Positions 25,387 to 37,181 of a DNA stretch of 64,000 nt are shown here, in pieces. This DNA comes from Hyaloraphidium curvatum SAG 235-1 (Eukaryota > Fungi > Monoblepharomycota): positions 434,001 through 498,000 of the forward strand of contig JAIVFI010000037.1 of assembly GCA_025558095.1 (NCBI GenBank), given 5' to 3'. The position numbers and the translations under genes are program-made. The notes under the pieces are model-generated. The model saw only the letters and a program-made list of their open reading frames with translations. It was not told the origin of the DNA and ran no database searches. The stretch's first letter is position 1. Each line of letters opens with the position of its first letter.

Positions 25387-26348
25387 CGCTCAGTGCGGTG
25401 GCCGAACCACCGGAGCCGGGGAAAGCATTGAGGGATCTGGCGCGGCCCAGACCCGTCGCCCGCAGAGGACTCACTTCCAACTGGCCGCTGCCCAGAGGAC
25501 CCATAGACGGTTATGAACAACGGCGGGAAACTGCGACTGGAAGTATACGATCGCATTGCGAATGGACCTCTTGCCGCTGTGCGTGCACGAGCGCAAGGAG
25601 CGATTGCTGTACCTGGAAATCAGACGGCAAGGAAAAAAGAGGCCCAGATCAAAGGTCTCCACTCCGTCTTCCCGATCATCCTTCAAGTACGCCCCGTTTG
25701 TTCCGCATCGCTCGGCAACGCATTGTTCACGCGACCGCCTCTTGGCCTGCACGTATCCGCGCAGCCGTCCACTCCCGATTCTGGAGATCGGTGGCGTTCC
25801 CAAGGGCCACTGGAAACAGCTCTTCGCTGAGCTGGAAGGCAGAAGCCGTCCCTCGTTATTTGCATATCATAATCTTCATGCACGTTTGTTGATGGTGAAG
25901 CTCGTCGACTGAATCCGGGAGCAGTCAGAACCTGGCCGCATTCAATCGCGCCTTTGCGGAAACGACTTCGGACGAGCGTCGAAGCTCAACTGGTGTTCTC
26001 CCCCTCAAATATCCAGATCTGTTTTGGATTCGGCAAAATGTGTGACCGAGATCTGAAGAGCCCTGACTCCACCTCCTTGAGATCTCGGACCTAGCGGCCG
26101 CCGAGCTATGCATACCGGCGCCATGCGTGTACTCCGTGTGACGAGGGAAATATAGTTGAGCTTATCGGAGTTGTCTGACTCTCTACAAGAGCCCCACAGG
26201 TCCATGAGATGCGAGTTCTCGCGGCCCTGTCGGGCGGGGTCCTGGTTTTGTTTCTTGGCGCAGCTGCGAAGCCAATCCGGCCGGCAGGGGAAACGGCCAA
26301 GGGCAACGGCTTCTCTCCACTCCATCTCCGCCTCCGCCCGCCGCCGCC

Positions 26349-29300
26349 ATGTTCTCGTCCGGCTCCGTCGTTCCCGAGGGCCCCGCGTCGCCCGCCCGCG
26401 CCGCGACGCCGGCGCTGCAGTTCGCCGAGCCCGCCCGGCCCGAACCGCGCCGCGGCAGCTTTATCGGCACCGGCGCGCCTGTCGGCCGCACGCTCTCGCT
26501 CGGCGGCATCTCGCTGCGCTCCGTCAAGACCTCCGTCTCGCAGACGACGTCGAGCGGCAGCGGCGCCAACCCCGAGATCCCCGTTAGGTGCGCCGCCGTT
26601 CGCCAGCCACCTCCCCACCGAACTGCTTGGCTCACGGCGCGACCTTGCATCTTCCTCCGCAGGTACCGTACTGTATCCATTCATGTCTCCGAGGAGGTGC
26701 CGAGCCTCGACGTCCCCGCCGAAGCCGACCTCGTGCGCGAGCTCAAGAACGTCGACCACCATCTCGTCCCGACATCGGAAGTGTACGCCCGCTACGGCAC
26801 GGATCCCGACCTCGGCCTGTCGTCCGCAGCTCTGAAGAAGCGCATAGCTGAGAATGGCGGCAACCTCGAGGCCAACGTCATCTCACCACCCAAGACCAAC
26901 TACTTCTTCAAGTTCCTTGGCTACGTGTTTGGTGGGTTGAAGATCCGTTCGGTCTCGAAGAGGGCCGTGGCGCGTCTCAGGATGCGTTCTTCGTGCGCCA
27001 CTAGCGGGAGCCGCTGCTCGGATGTGGTCTCCCCCGATCCTGATCGCCCCCCTTGTCCAGGCGGCTTCAACTTCCTCATGTGGATCGCCTTCATCATGGT
27101 TCTCTTGTCATATCAGCCTCTCGGCCAGCCCAACCCGGCAATCTTCAATCTCGGCGTCGCCATGCTGATCCTCTTCGTCATCATCCTGTCGTCCTTCTTC
27201 TGTGGGTTCCGGCCTACCTTGGGCCCGATCAAGTCGCTGATCATTGCGTTCGATCTCACAGACGCTTTCGTGGACTTCCAGTCAAGCCGGGTCATGCGCT
27301 CCATCCGAAACCTGATCGCCACCGAGGCCTCCGTCACGCGCAACGGCACCCGCCAGCAGATCAAGGCCCAGGAGCTCGTCGTCGGCGATCTCGTCCACGT
27401 TTCGCTCGGCGTGCGGGTCCCCGCTGATCTCAGGCTCGTCAACGTTTCGGCGGACCTCAAGTTCGACCGCAGCCTCCTCACGGGGGAGAGCGATCCCGTC
27501 CCCGGTGCCGTCGATGCTACGGACAAGAACCCGCTCGAGACCCGCAATCTCGCCCTCTCCTCCACATTTGTCGTTCAGGGCTCGGGCACCGGCATCGTCG
27601 TCTCGATCGGCGACAACAGCGTGATGGGCTCGATTGCCAACCTCGCCGGCGGGCAGAAGCAGCAGCGGACACCCATTCAGCAGGAGATTTGGAGGTTCAC
27701 GATCATCATTTCCTCCGCGGCCGTTACCCTGTTCACCGCCGCTATCGTCTTCTGGGCCGCTTTCATAAAGTTTGTTTTGGCTCTGCGCCTGGACTCTGCT
27801 TCGAACTGACGAGACTTCCCTTGGCAGCCCTCGCTATCCCGGCTACCTCAACGTCTCCGGCGCCATCATCAACGCCATTGGCGTGCTGACAGCTTTCGTG
27901 CCTCAGGGTCTTCCGCTCTGCGTGGCTCTAGCGATGACCGTGATCGGCAAGCGTCTCACCCGGGTTGGCCCTGCTCTGCAGGTCTCACCCTCCCCGCAGC
28001 GCGCAGGATGGCTGCCCGCAGCGTGCTCGTCAAGAATCTGGCGACGGTCGAGACGCTGGGCTGCATGAGCGTGCTGTGCTCCGACAAGACAGGGACGCTG
28101 ACGCAGGGCAAGATGATGGTCGTCCGGGCCGCCGTCTCTCATCTGAAGCTCGATTTTGAGGTAGGCAATCTCTTGTCTTTGGCCGAGGTGCCCCACCTGA
28201 TGCGATCGCCCTCAGGTCGCCCCGGCAAACCGCGACCTCGCCCCAGACCCGGCGGTTTCCAAGGTCCACGAATGCGCTGCCCTGTGCTGCGGAGCTTCGT
28301 TCGACGTCAACTCGATGCATCTGCCTATCGATCAAAGAACCATTCGGGGCGACAGCACCGACGCCGCCGTGCTTCGTTTCGCCGAGTCCATCGGTCCCGT
28401 CGACGACGCGTGGCGGGATTGGGAAAAGGTGTTCGAGGTGCCGTTCAACTCCAAGAACAAGTGGATGATGTCGGTCGTCAAGCCCAGGTTCACGCCGGGG
28501 GCCTCGAAGCTCTTCGTCAAGGGTGAGCAGTGATGAGTCGGACCCCAGCCCGACGCCTTGCTCACAATTGATTGATTCGAAGGCGCTCCGGATATCCTCA
28601 TCCCGGCATGTTCCTTGGTTCTGAACCCCGACGGCTCGGTCTCCGCATTGGACTTGGACGCCCAGGCCACGGTCGTCACCACGCAGGAGCAGTGGGCTTC
28701 GGAGGGCCTGCGCGTGCTGGCGCTCTGCGCCAAGGACACCCCGGCAGACCTCCCTTACGACCGCCCTGGGCAAATGGAGACCGTCGCCCCGGCGCAGGTG
28801 AAGGAGCTCACCCTTCTTGGATTGATTGGTGGGTGTCGGTACGGGGTCTTCTTCCCGCAGCACCACCAGGTTGACACATGGCCGTCGCAGCTCTGGCGGA
28901 TCCCCCTCGTCCCGACGTCACGGCCGCCGTGGCCAACATGCGCGGCGCCTCGGTCCGCGTGTTCATGGTCACGGGCGATTTCCGGCTCACAGCCGTCGCG
29001 GTGGCCAAGTCGGTCGGCATCATCACGGCGGCCCAGGTGGACTCGCTCTCCATGATGCAGGAGAACGCCGAGCTGGTGAACAAGTTCAAGGACCTGAAGC
29101 CCGAGCAGATCAGGCCGGATTTCGAGGGCGAGGTCCGCGCGCTGGTCGTCGACGGTTCCGAGATCGCGACCATGAAGAAGGAGGACTGGGACGTGGCCAT
29201 CGGCGCGTACAGGGAGATGGTCTTTGCCCGCACCACGCCCGAGCATAAGCTGAGGATCGTCGAGGAGATCAGGAAGCGCGGTGACAACGTCGTCGGCGTG

Positions 29301-30502
29301 ACAGGTTGGTCCCCAGCGAAAGCCGCTCGATCCCGCGCTCACGGACGACATCCCAGGCGACGGCGTGAACGACTCTCCTGCTCTCAAGGCCGCCAACGTC
29401 GGCGTCGCTATGGGGGCGGGCTCGGACGTCGCCAAGGAGGCCGCCGCGCTCGTGCTGCTGAACAACGACTTTGCTTCCATCCCCGTGGCCATCGAGAACG
29501 GCAGGCTTCTTTTCGACAACCTGAAGAAGGTGCGTCATTCTGTAGGCAGCTTGCTGTGCTGTAGCTCATTCGCTGGTTCGCTGGGATGCAGGTCCTCGCG
29601 TATCTCATGCCGGCCGGCACCTACTGCCAGTTCACCGCCATCTTCTTGAACTCCTTCCTCGGTTCCCCGCTTTCGCTCTCGGGATACCAGCAGATCATCT
29701 TCTGTATCACCAACGACGTCGCCATGTCCCTCGCCATCATGTTCGAGAAGGCGGAATCGGATCTCATGCACCGGCCTCCCCGCAACGCCCGCACCGACAA
29801 GCTGACGGACTGGCGCTACTTCGTTCAGGTCTACCTCTTCATCGGTCTTATGATGTGGCCTTGTGAGCTTTGAGCTTTGGCCGCGCCGGCGTTCGCCATG
29901 ATCGCTGACTTCCTTCGCAGTCGTGAACTACCTCTTTTTCAGGTACATGTACCAGGCCGCCGGCATCGGTATCAGTGACCTCATCTTCGCCTACGGAAAC
30001 TGGACGGACGGCTACCTGGGCTACTCGCAGGACCAGCTCAACGCCTTCCAGTCGGTGGGCCAGACCATCTTCTACGTGGCGCTTTGCATGTTCCAGATAG
30101 GCAACATCTTCGCGGTCCGCAACCGCCGCATGTCGACGCTGCAGTCGAATCCGCTCTGGGGCCCGAGGTGCGTGCGGTCGGGAACGCGGGCTCTGTACAG
30201 CTCGGCGGACGCTGATCCATGCGAGCAGGCAGAACATCTGGATCTTTGGTTCCATCTCCGCCTCTATCATCATCGCCATCATCAACGTGTACGGGCCCGG
30301 CATCCAGTCCCTCTTCGGGGTCGCCGTCATCCCCTGGGAGTACTGGTGAGCGGTTCGGGCGCCGATCCGCCTTCGCTCTGATGCGAACGTGCCCAGGCTC
30401 ATTCCTCTGGCCTACTCGGTCGGCATTCTCGTGGTCGACGAGGTGCGCAAGGTCCTGGTGCGCGCCTATCCGCAGTCGTGGATCGGAAAGGCTGCGTGGT
30501 AG
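26349..30502 (+). CDS. P-type ATPase, type IIC (Na,K/H,K-ATPase alpha-like), many introns
   Basis: [67 protein letters not shown]. Confidence 0.93.
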
Positions 30503-30711
30503 GCGCAGGCGTCGCGATAGAGCAACATCACCGCCATAGAGAGGACAGGGCCCAATAGAACATTACTCTATTCTGAGCTTGAGATGACATACCTGCTGCT
30601 TGGTTGGTGTTCTTGCTCGGGTTCGAGTGACCGCAGCTGCTGACCCGCCCATTGCCCCGCCGCCGCGTGCCATTTTCAGAGCGCGCCGACTGGCGCTCGC
30701 GGCCCGCCGCG

Positions 30712-32154
30712 ATGTCGACGTACCGCGCTGCGTTCGTCGTGGTGGCCGCCGTGCTGCTGCTGCTCTTCTTCCTCGGCGGGCTGCCGCGCGGTGCCGTGAC
30801 GGAGGTCGAGGTCGCGGGGGCGGGAGCGTCCCGCAAAGCCGCACAAAAGCCCATCGGCGACTCGGCGGGGGCCGCACAGGGACGTGCCAACGTCAAAGAT
30901 GGACCGAAACCGTCGGAGGAGGATGATTCGCCGTCCGAGGACGAAGAGGACGCTGGCGGCGGGTCCCCACCTGACGCGGGGAGCCCGGAACCGAAGCCTC
31001 CTTCCAAGCCCGCCGAGGAAGAAACCGAGGCCGCCGAAGATAAGGAGCAGAAGGACGCCGACGGAGACAACGGGGCGGATTCCGAGGGCGGCGAATCGGA
31101 TACCGCGAAGGCGTCCAAGAAGGCCGGCGAGGACGAAAACGGCGACGGAGACGCCGATTCAAAGGATTCCGGTCCGGACGAGCCGGTTTCGGACTCGGAG
31201 GACGTTTCTTCCCCGGCGGCGACACCGTCTGGCCCGCAGAAGACAAAGAAACCTCTCCCCGGGCGCAATCCGGAATACCCCAACATCCCCGTTCCCCTCG
31301 TCGACTCGCAGCTCACGTCACGCGGCATTCCCAAGGTCTTCCTCTCGCGCGGCAAGGCGGACGCGCCCCCGCAGACCTTCATCCTCGACGTCGGCCTGAA
31401 CGACGGCGAATCCCTGGTCGGCCTGAAGGACCACTTCGAGGGCGACTACGACTCGGCGATCCGGATCGGCTTCGAATGCAACCCGAAATGGATCCCCGGC
31501 CTGGAGAAGCACGCCCGGAAGCACAACTACACCCTCTACAACTACTGCGCGTGGACCGAGGAGCGCGAGATGAGGCTCTGGATCGACGAGCACTTCGAGG
31601 ACTCGTACGGGACCTCGCTCCTCGGCTCGCACTCGCGCGCGCAGAAGGGCAAGCTCCGCGTCGTGCGCGCGCTCGACTTCCCCTCCTACCTGGGCGAGCT
31701 GGTCCGCGAGCGCGACCGGGTGCTGGTCAAGATGGACGTCGAAGGCGCCGAGTTCCGCATCGCGAGGGCGATGCTCGTGCGCGCCGCGCCCGTGGCCGCG
31801 CTGGACGACCCGGCGCGCGGGGTGCCGATCATGTGCCTGATCGACGAGGTGGCGATGGAGGAGCACGAGGAGGAGGCGATGCTGCCGCCGAGCCTGAGGA
31901 CGGTGGACAGGGGAGAGGGGAAGAAGGCGCGGAGCAGGCTCAAGGACGTGATCGAGTTCGTGGGGGACGCGTACCTGGAGGCGCAGCAGGCGCCGCAGCC
32001 GAGGAATCCGGGGATCGAAGGCGTGGATCTGACTGAGGAGGAGAAGCGGTCCATCTGGGAATCAGAGCTGGACGAGGCGTTGAAGGCTGGACCGGACGGC
32101 AAGGTGACGGGGAAGAAAACGCAGTGCAGAATCAAGTTCCACGATTGGTCGTAG
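30712..32154 (+). CDS. Type II membrane FkbM-family (Methyltransf_21) methyltransferase, apparently intronless
   Basis: N-terminal TM anchor, acidic stem, ILDVGLNDG, GFECNP, LVKMDVEGAEF. Confidence 0.82.
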   Translation: MSTYRAAFVVVAAVLLLLFFLGGLPRGAVTEVEVAGAGASRKAAQKPIGDSAGAAQGRANVKDGPKPSEEDDSPSEDEEDAGGGSPPDAGSPEPKPPSKPAEEETEAAEDKEQKDADGDNGADSEGGESDTAKASKKAGEDENGDGDADSKDSGPDEPVSDSEDVSSPAATPSGPQKTKKPLPGRNPEYPNIPVPLVDSQLTSRGIPKVFLSRGKADAPPQTFILDVGLNDGESLVGLKDHFEGDYDSAIRIGFECNPKWIPGLEKHARKHNYTLYNYCAWTEEREMRLWIDEHFEDSYGTSLLGSHSRAQKGKLRVVRALDFPSYLGELVRERDRVLVKMDVEGAEFRIARAMLVRAAPVAALDDPARGVPIMCLIDEVAMEEHEEEAMLPPSLRTVDRGEGKKARSRLKDVIEFVGDAYLEAQQAPQPRNPGIEGVDLTEEEKRSIWESELDEALKAGPDGKVTGKKTQCRIKFHDWS

Positions 32155-32325
32155 AATTTGTTGGCTACAAATTTGAAAGCCGCTTCACTTTTGTGACGGA
32201 CGATCGCGTGCTGGTGGCTTCTGGCGCGGAGTGGCGCCGAGAAGCCAGGCGCGGCAAAGAGCGCCCAAAAGCCTAAGGCCGCATTGTTCCCATTCCTCCC
32301 ACAAATCAACCTCTGCCGACAAGCA

Positions 32326-33108
32326 ATGGAAGACGTCGACGTCACCCCTACCGTCCACAGCGCCCTGCGCGCCGCCTCCACGGTTGCCAGCGCCGCCTCG
32401 CGCGGCGCCTCCGCCGCAGCGCACGGCGCCAAGGTCGCCGCCGAAATCTTCGCCCCCCCCGCGACGGCGGCCCCGCGCTCGCCGATGCTGAGCTTCGTCC
32501 TCGCGCTGCTCGCCGCCGAGATCGCCGTGCTCGTGGTGCTCGCGGTGCCGTTCGCGGTGCCGGGGAGGGCCAGGGCCGTGGCGATGCTCAGCCTCAGCCC
32601 CGGGGCCGAGAGGGTGCGCTGGGTGCTCTACACCACCCTTGCCGGGCTGGGCGGGCTGCTCTGGGATGCCGGGAGGAGGTGGAACGGAGCCGAGAAGGAA
32701 GTGAAGAACCTTCTGGAGGATCAGTCAAAGTGGGACTTGATGGGCCCTGCAGCGCATGGGACTCGCTGACGCCTCCGCGGCCGACCAGCCTCAGGGTGTT
32801 CTACGACACCTTCACGCGCGCGTCGAGGCTGCAGACCGACTTTATCCTCGTCGCCGCCGCTCTCTTTGCCTCCTTCCTCATGTGGGGCTCTCTCGATCCG
32901 ACTAAATCACCCGACGGTGCTGATCCTCCGACCCATCAGATACGTCCTCCACTTCCGCACGCTGAGGGAGGAGCCCGGGATCGCGAGGAGGTACGAGGCG
33001 CAGGCCGACAGCGCAGCGCAGCGGCAGGCCAAGGTCGTCGAGGTGCGGGACGAGGACGCGGACGCGGACGCGGGCCTGAGGCAGAGGGCGATGGCGCGCG
33101 GTGCTTGA
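32326..33108 (+). CDS. BAP31/Yet-like ER membrane protein, copy 1, 2 introns
   Basis: FVLALLAAEIAVLVVLAVPF, LLWDAGRR, RLQTDFILVAAALFASF resemble the three Bap31 TMs. Confidence 0.7.
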
Positions 33109-33547
33109 TCGAAGGTGCTGATGCTTAGGCAGACACGACAACCGATTCCTTGTCGTGCAATGCTGCTATCCAACCTTACTCGTTCGTCGTATCGGCGCCA
33201 TGCTCACGTCCGCGCCCCACCATGAACACGAGCGGTCGGATGATGATCCACGCTTGGTTCTATGCCTCGCGAGCATACGTTGGGCCCAATCATCAATTCC
33301 TCCTTCGATGAACCCTCTATCCGGCCAGAGAGAGAGGCTCGGAAAAGACCTCGAAGCCGCGACTGTTCGCGTGGCAACCTGTGTTCCAACTCGTCCTGGA
33401 ACTACGAGCGCATCCAACATTGCTGGCCACCGGCTGAATGGCGCGTGGGGATCCTTGCGCTTCAAGCTTTTTGCGAATCAAATCTTTGTTTGACCCACTC
33501 TGAAGTGCACCACCGATGCTTCCGCCGACCTGCAAACGGTTCACAGC

Positions 33548-33949
33548 CGACGGGAAGAAGGCGCCGAGCAGGGTCAAAGAAATGGTCGAGTTTGTGGGGG
33601 ACGCGTGCCTTACGGCGCAACAGGCGCAGCAACCGCGAGATCCCGTGACCGAGAGCGTGAGTATCAGGGATAAAGGGATCTATTCGTTAATATGTTGAGC
33701 TCGAGCAACGAGGCACTGTTCTCTTGGGGCGCGTTGTTTTCTTCGCTCGCAACGGTCTCCGACCTGCTGCTAAGCTATTCGGAAGGCATCGGTCAGCCCA
33801 GATGAGAAAGTGCGAGATTTGACGGAGAAGGAGAAACATACCACGTCGTCTGGGAATCCGAGCTGGATGAGGCATTGAAAGCGGGGAAGGACCTCACGGG
33901 GAAGATGAAGATGTCGCAGTGCAGGATCAAGTCCCATGCGTGGTCGTAG
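33548..33949 (+). pseudogene. Decayed duplicate of the FkbM gene 3' end, split by a 156-bp insertion
   Basis: Aligns by eye to 31917-32154 (GKKAPSRVKEMVEFVGDA ... SQCRIKSHAWS*), with indels. Confidence 0.85.
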
Positions 33950-34102
33950 CTTACTGGTGATTATGATTGATGCCCGGCCCATTCGTTGGCGCACACTGGA
34001 GTCCAGGTGTCGGCGAGGCTTTTGACCCCGTGACTGCCCTTTGCGCACCGTCACCCATCGTCGCCCACACTCCCCACACGCCAAACCTCGAACCGACAAG
34101 CA

Positions 34103-34886
34103 ATGGAAGACATCGACGTCACCCCGACCGTCCACAGCGCCATGCGCGCCGCCTCCACGGTCGCCAGCGCCGCCTCGCGCGGGGCCTCCGCCGCCGCTCA
34201 CGGCGCCAAGGTCGCCGCCGAAATCTTCGCACCCCCCGCCACCGCGGCCCCCCGCTCCCCCATGTCTGGCTTCGTCTTGGCGCTCCTCGCCGCCGAAATT
34301 GCCGTGCTCGTGGTGCTTGCAGTGCCGTTCGCGGTGCCCGGGAGGGCCAGGGCTGTGGCGATGCTCAGCCTCAGCCCCGGGGCCGAGAGGGTGCGCTGGG
34401 TGCTCTACACCACCCTTGCCGGGCTGGGCGGGCTGCTCTGGGATGCGGGGAGGAGGTGGAACGGGGCCGAGAAGGAGGTGAAGAACCTGATGGAGGATCA
34501 GCCCAAGTGAGTCCGATCCCACGCGGACGGTGACGACGAGGCGCTGACGCTGTTGTGCTCCCTGCGACTGGACCAGGCTCAGGGTGTTCTACGACACATT
34601 TACGCGCTCTTCGAGGCTGCAGACCGACTTCATCCTCGTCGCCGCCGCCCTCTTTGCCTCCTTCCTCATGGGGGCAGGCCGCGACCCGATCGACCGCCTG
34701 ACAATGCTGATCTTCGTTGCCATCAGATACGTCCTCCACTTCCGCACGCTGAGGGAGGAGCCCGGGCTTGCAAGGAGGTACGAGGCGCAGGCCGACAGAG
34801 CGACGCAGGGGCAGGCCAAGGCCGAGGTGCAGAACGCGGGCGAGGACCCGGGCCTGAGGCAGAGGGCGCCGGGGCGCGGTGCTTGA
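34103..34886 (+). CDS. BAP31/Yet-like ER membrane protein, copy 2
   Basis: Near-identical protein to copy 1; second intron donor altered (see findings). Confidence 0.7.
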
Positions 34887-35239
34887 TCGGAGGGCGTTTT
34901 CTTGATGCTCGGGGCAGACACAACAATCGATTCTTGTCGGGCAATGCTTCTGTGTATGTTGTGCGCATCCAATCTTACTGGATCGGCGCCCGTCAACGTC
35001 ATCGGCGCCATCCTCAGTTCCGCGATCCATCATGAACCCGAGCGGTCGAACGACCCGCAGCTTGGGTCTCTGAGTCCTCGCGAGCGTGTGTTTGGACCAA
35101 TCATCAATTCCTTCTTCCTCCTTCGATGAACTCCATCCGGCCGGAGCGAAGGGGCGCGGGTTGAGAGGTCTCGAAGCCTCGACTGCTCCTCGTGGCAAGG
35201 TGCGTTCCAGCTCGTCCAGCAACTGCGGCCGGATCCAAC

Positions 35240-36247
35240 ATGGCCACCGAATTGCGCGTGCGGGTCCCGCCCGCTTCCTTTTACGAAAGCTTCGATTGGC
35301 CCCCCCTGAGGTGCGCCGTCCGCGCCGAGGTCCGCCTCGGCGGGGCGTGGGAGCGGCTCCGGCTCTGCGACGTCGCCGTCAAGGGCACCGCGGCCAGCGC
35401 GTCCGTCGACCTGGCGCAGCTGGGGCAAGCCATGCGGGAAGGGAGCGTGGCGAGGATCCGGGTCGTCGTGCGGACCGACGCCGCCGGGGAGGTCGGCGAC
35501 GACGGGGAGGAATGGTTCGCCATGGCCGAGGCGGTGCTCGACGGCCGTCCCCTGCCGCAGGCCTACGCCGACTTTGGCGAGGAGATGATCATTGATTCGG
35601 TTAGAGGCGCCGGGGCCGGTTGCCCAAAGTCAACCAGACTGACGTCCCCGTCTGCCCAGTACGAAGCCGCCAACGGCAAGGAAAACCCCATCTCGATCGC
35701 CTACGTGGATTTCAAGCCTCAGAAGGACCTCGGCAACGACGCCCTCTCGGAGGCGCGCGAGATCCAGGGCAAGATGGGAACAATCAGCGTCAAGGTCCGC
35801 CTCTGGCTGCACCAGGAAGAGCGCATGGAGGCCGCAGGGCCCGACGAGCAACTCAGCGCCGTGGCGGAGCTGATGCACTCCAAGGGGATCGTTCCCAAGG
35901 GCAAAGGGAGAGACTCCCCGTACGCCAGCGCCAGGTGATTTCGGCCCGGCAAGCTGCCCAGCTCGTCGCCGTGCTGACCGTCCTCTGTCCCGTGCAGGTT
36001 CTGCGACGGCACGGCCTCAAAAGGCACCGGGGACAGCGAGCCCCAGGAGCCGGTAAATGCGGAACCGGGGGAACCGGGACCGCACGCCCCGGCCGGGCCC
36101 AGGATGCTCCGCGTCGACTACGGCGGCACCACGCGCGTCCTCGCTTCCTTCGACATCCACTACGGCCGCAGCGCTCCGCAGCCCCGCGCGTCGGTGCCGA
36201 TGCCCGAGGGCACGAGGGAGGAAGGCGGGACGGTGGTCGTCGACTAG
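35240..36247 (+). CDS. Hypothetical protein, 2 introns
   Basis: Coherent spliced ORF MATELRVRV...MGTISVKVRL...LASFDIHYGRS...VD*; GT-AG introns near 35600-35659 and 35935-35997. Confidence 0.6.
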
Positions 36248-36643
36248 CGGGCGGATCGAGAGCTCGCCAGGATGGGCTCGGGGTCTCCTGGGCAGCCAGC
36301 GCATCAATAAACGGCCCCGTCGCATCGGGCGTACCTCGAGGTTCGTCCTGCCCGGCAGCCACCGGCCCGGGCAGAACCCCGCGCGGCCGTCCCACCGGAA
36401 CCGCGGGCGTGCCCGGGCGGAATCCCCGCGGGTTCCGGGAGCAATCCGCGCCGCGAGCCCGCCGGAGCGGCACCGGACCGGACCGGACGCCCGGCGCGGC
36501 ACCGAGACAAAAGGTCCGAGACGCAGCTCTTCCCCATTCCGCCGCCGACACCCCCTTGGCATCGTCCCCCTCCCCCGCTCCGTCCGCCCCTCGCCCGTAC
36601 CCTCTCCACCCTTCCGCCTTCCCCTTCCCCGCGCCGAAAGCGG

Positions 36644-37181
36644 TCACGCCGCGACCTTGTTCTCCTGCCCCCTCCGCCAGCTTCCCCGTTCCCCCCTTCG
36701 TCAGCCCCATCTCCCCTCGCGCGACGAACGGAGAGACCCACTCCCATATCCTGAAGAGCTGGTAGAACCCCGTCCCCGCGACGAAGATGTTGACGAACAT
36801 GAGCGAGTAGTTGACCGGCGTGATGACGGTGGCGTAGCGCGACCAGATTGTTCCCGTGGCGGCGAGGGCTGGGGCACGGGCGGCGGGGTTTCCCAGAGGG
36901 AGCGGGGGAGGGAGGGCGACGCGTGAGACGGTGGCGGGGGGTTGCGACGGCGGCGGACGCACAGACGCTCTGGCTGACGCTGAGCTTGTCCGCCGGCCTC
37001 TTGAGATCCGCGAGCCCCGCGATGACCAGCGCCTGCCCCTCCGTTAGCGCGCGCGAGGACCCGGAGGCGGGCGGAGGAAGGCTACCCATTTCATCAGCGG
37101 CGCCCAGAAGAATATCGTGCGGGGGCCGGCGGGGTGGTTGATGAAGCGCGAGAGGGCGGAGGGCGCGGGGGCGGCGGCCAT
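36644..37181 (-). CDS. MPC2: Mitochondrial pyruvate carrier 2, 3 introns
   Basis: NHPAGPRTIFFWAPLMKW|ALVIAGLADLKRPADKLS..ALAATGTIWSRYATVITPVNYSL. Confidence 0.92.

Larger units (their letters stand above)
31917..35290 (+). repeat. Tandem segmental duplication (~31917-33480 and ~33548-35290)
   Basis: Each unit is FkbM 3' end + BAP31-like gene + intergenic DNA + 5' start of the next gene. Confidence 0.88.

Noticed and set aside
25513-25912. Possible small spliced gene
   Set aside because: An intron-like segment is present, but there are two competing frames, no motif and atypical codon usage.
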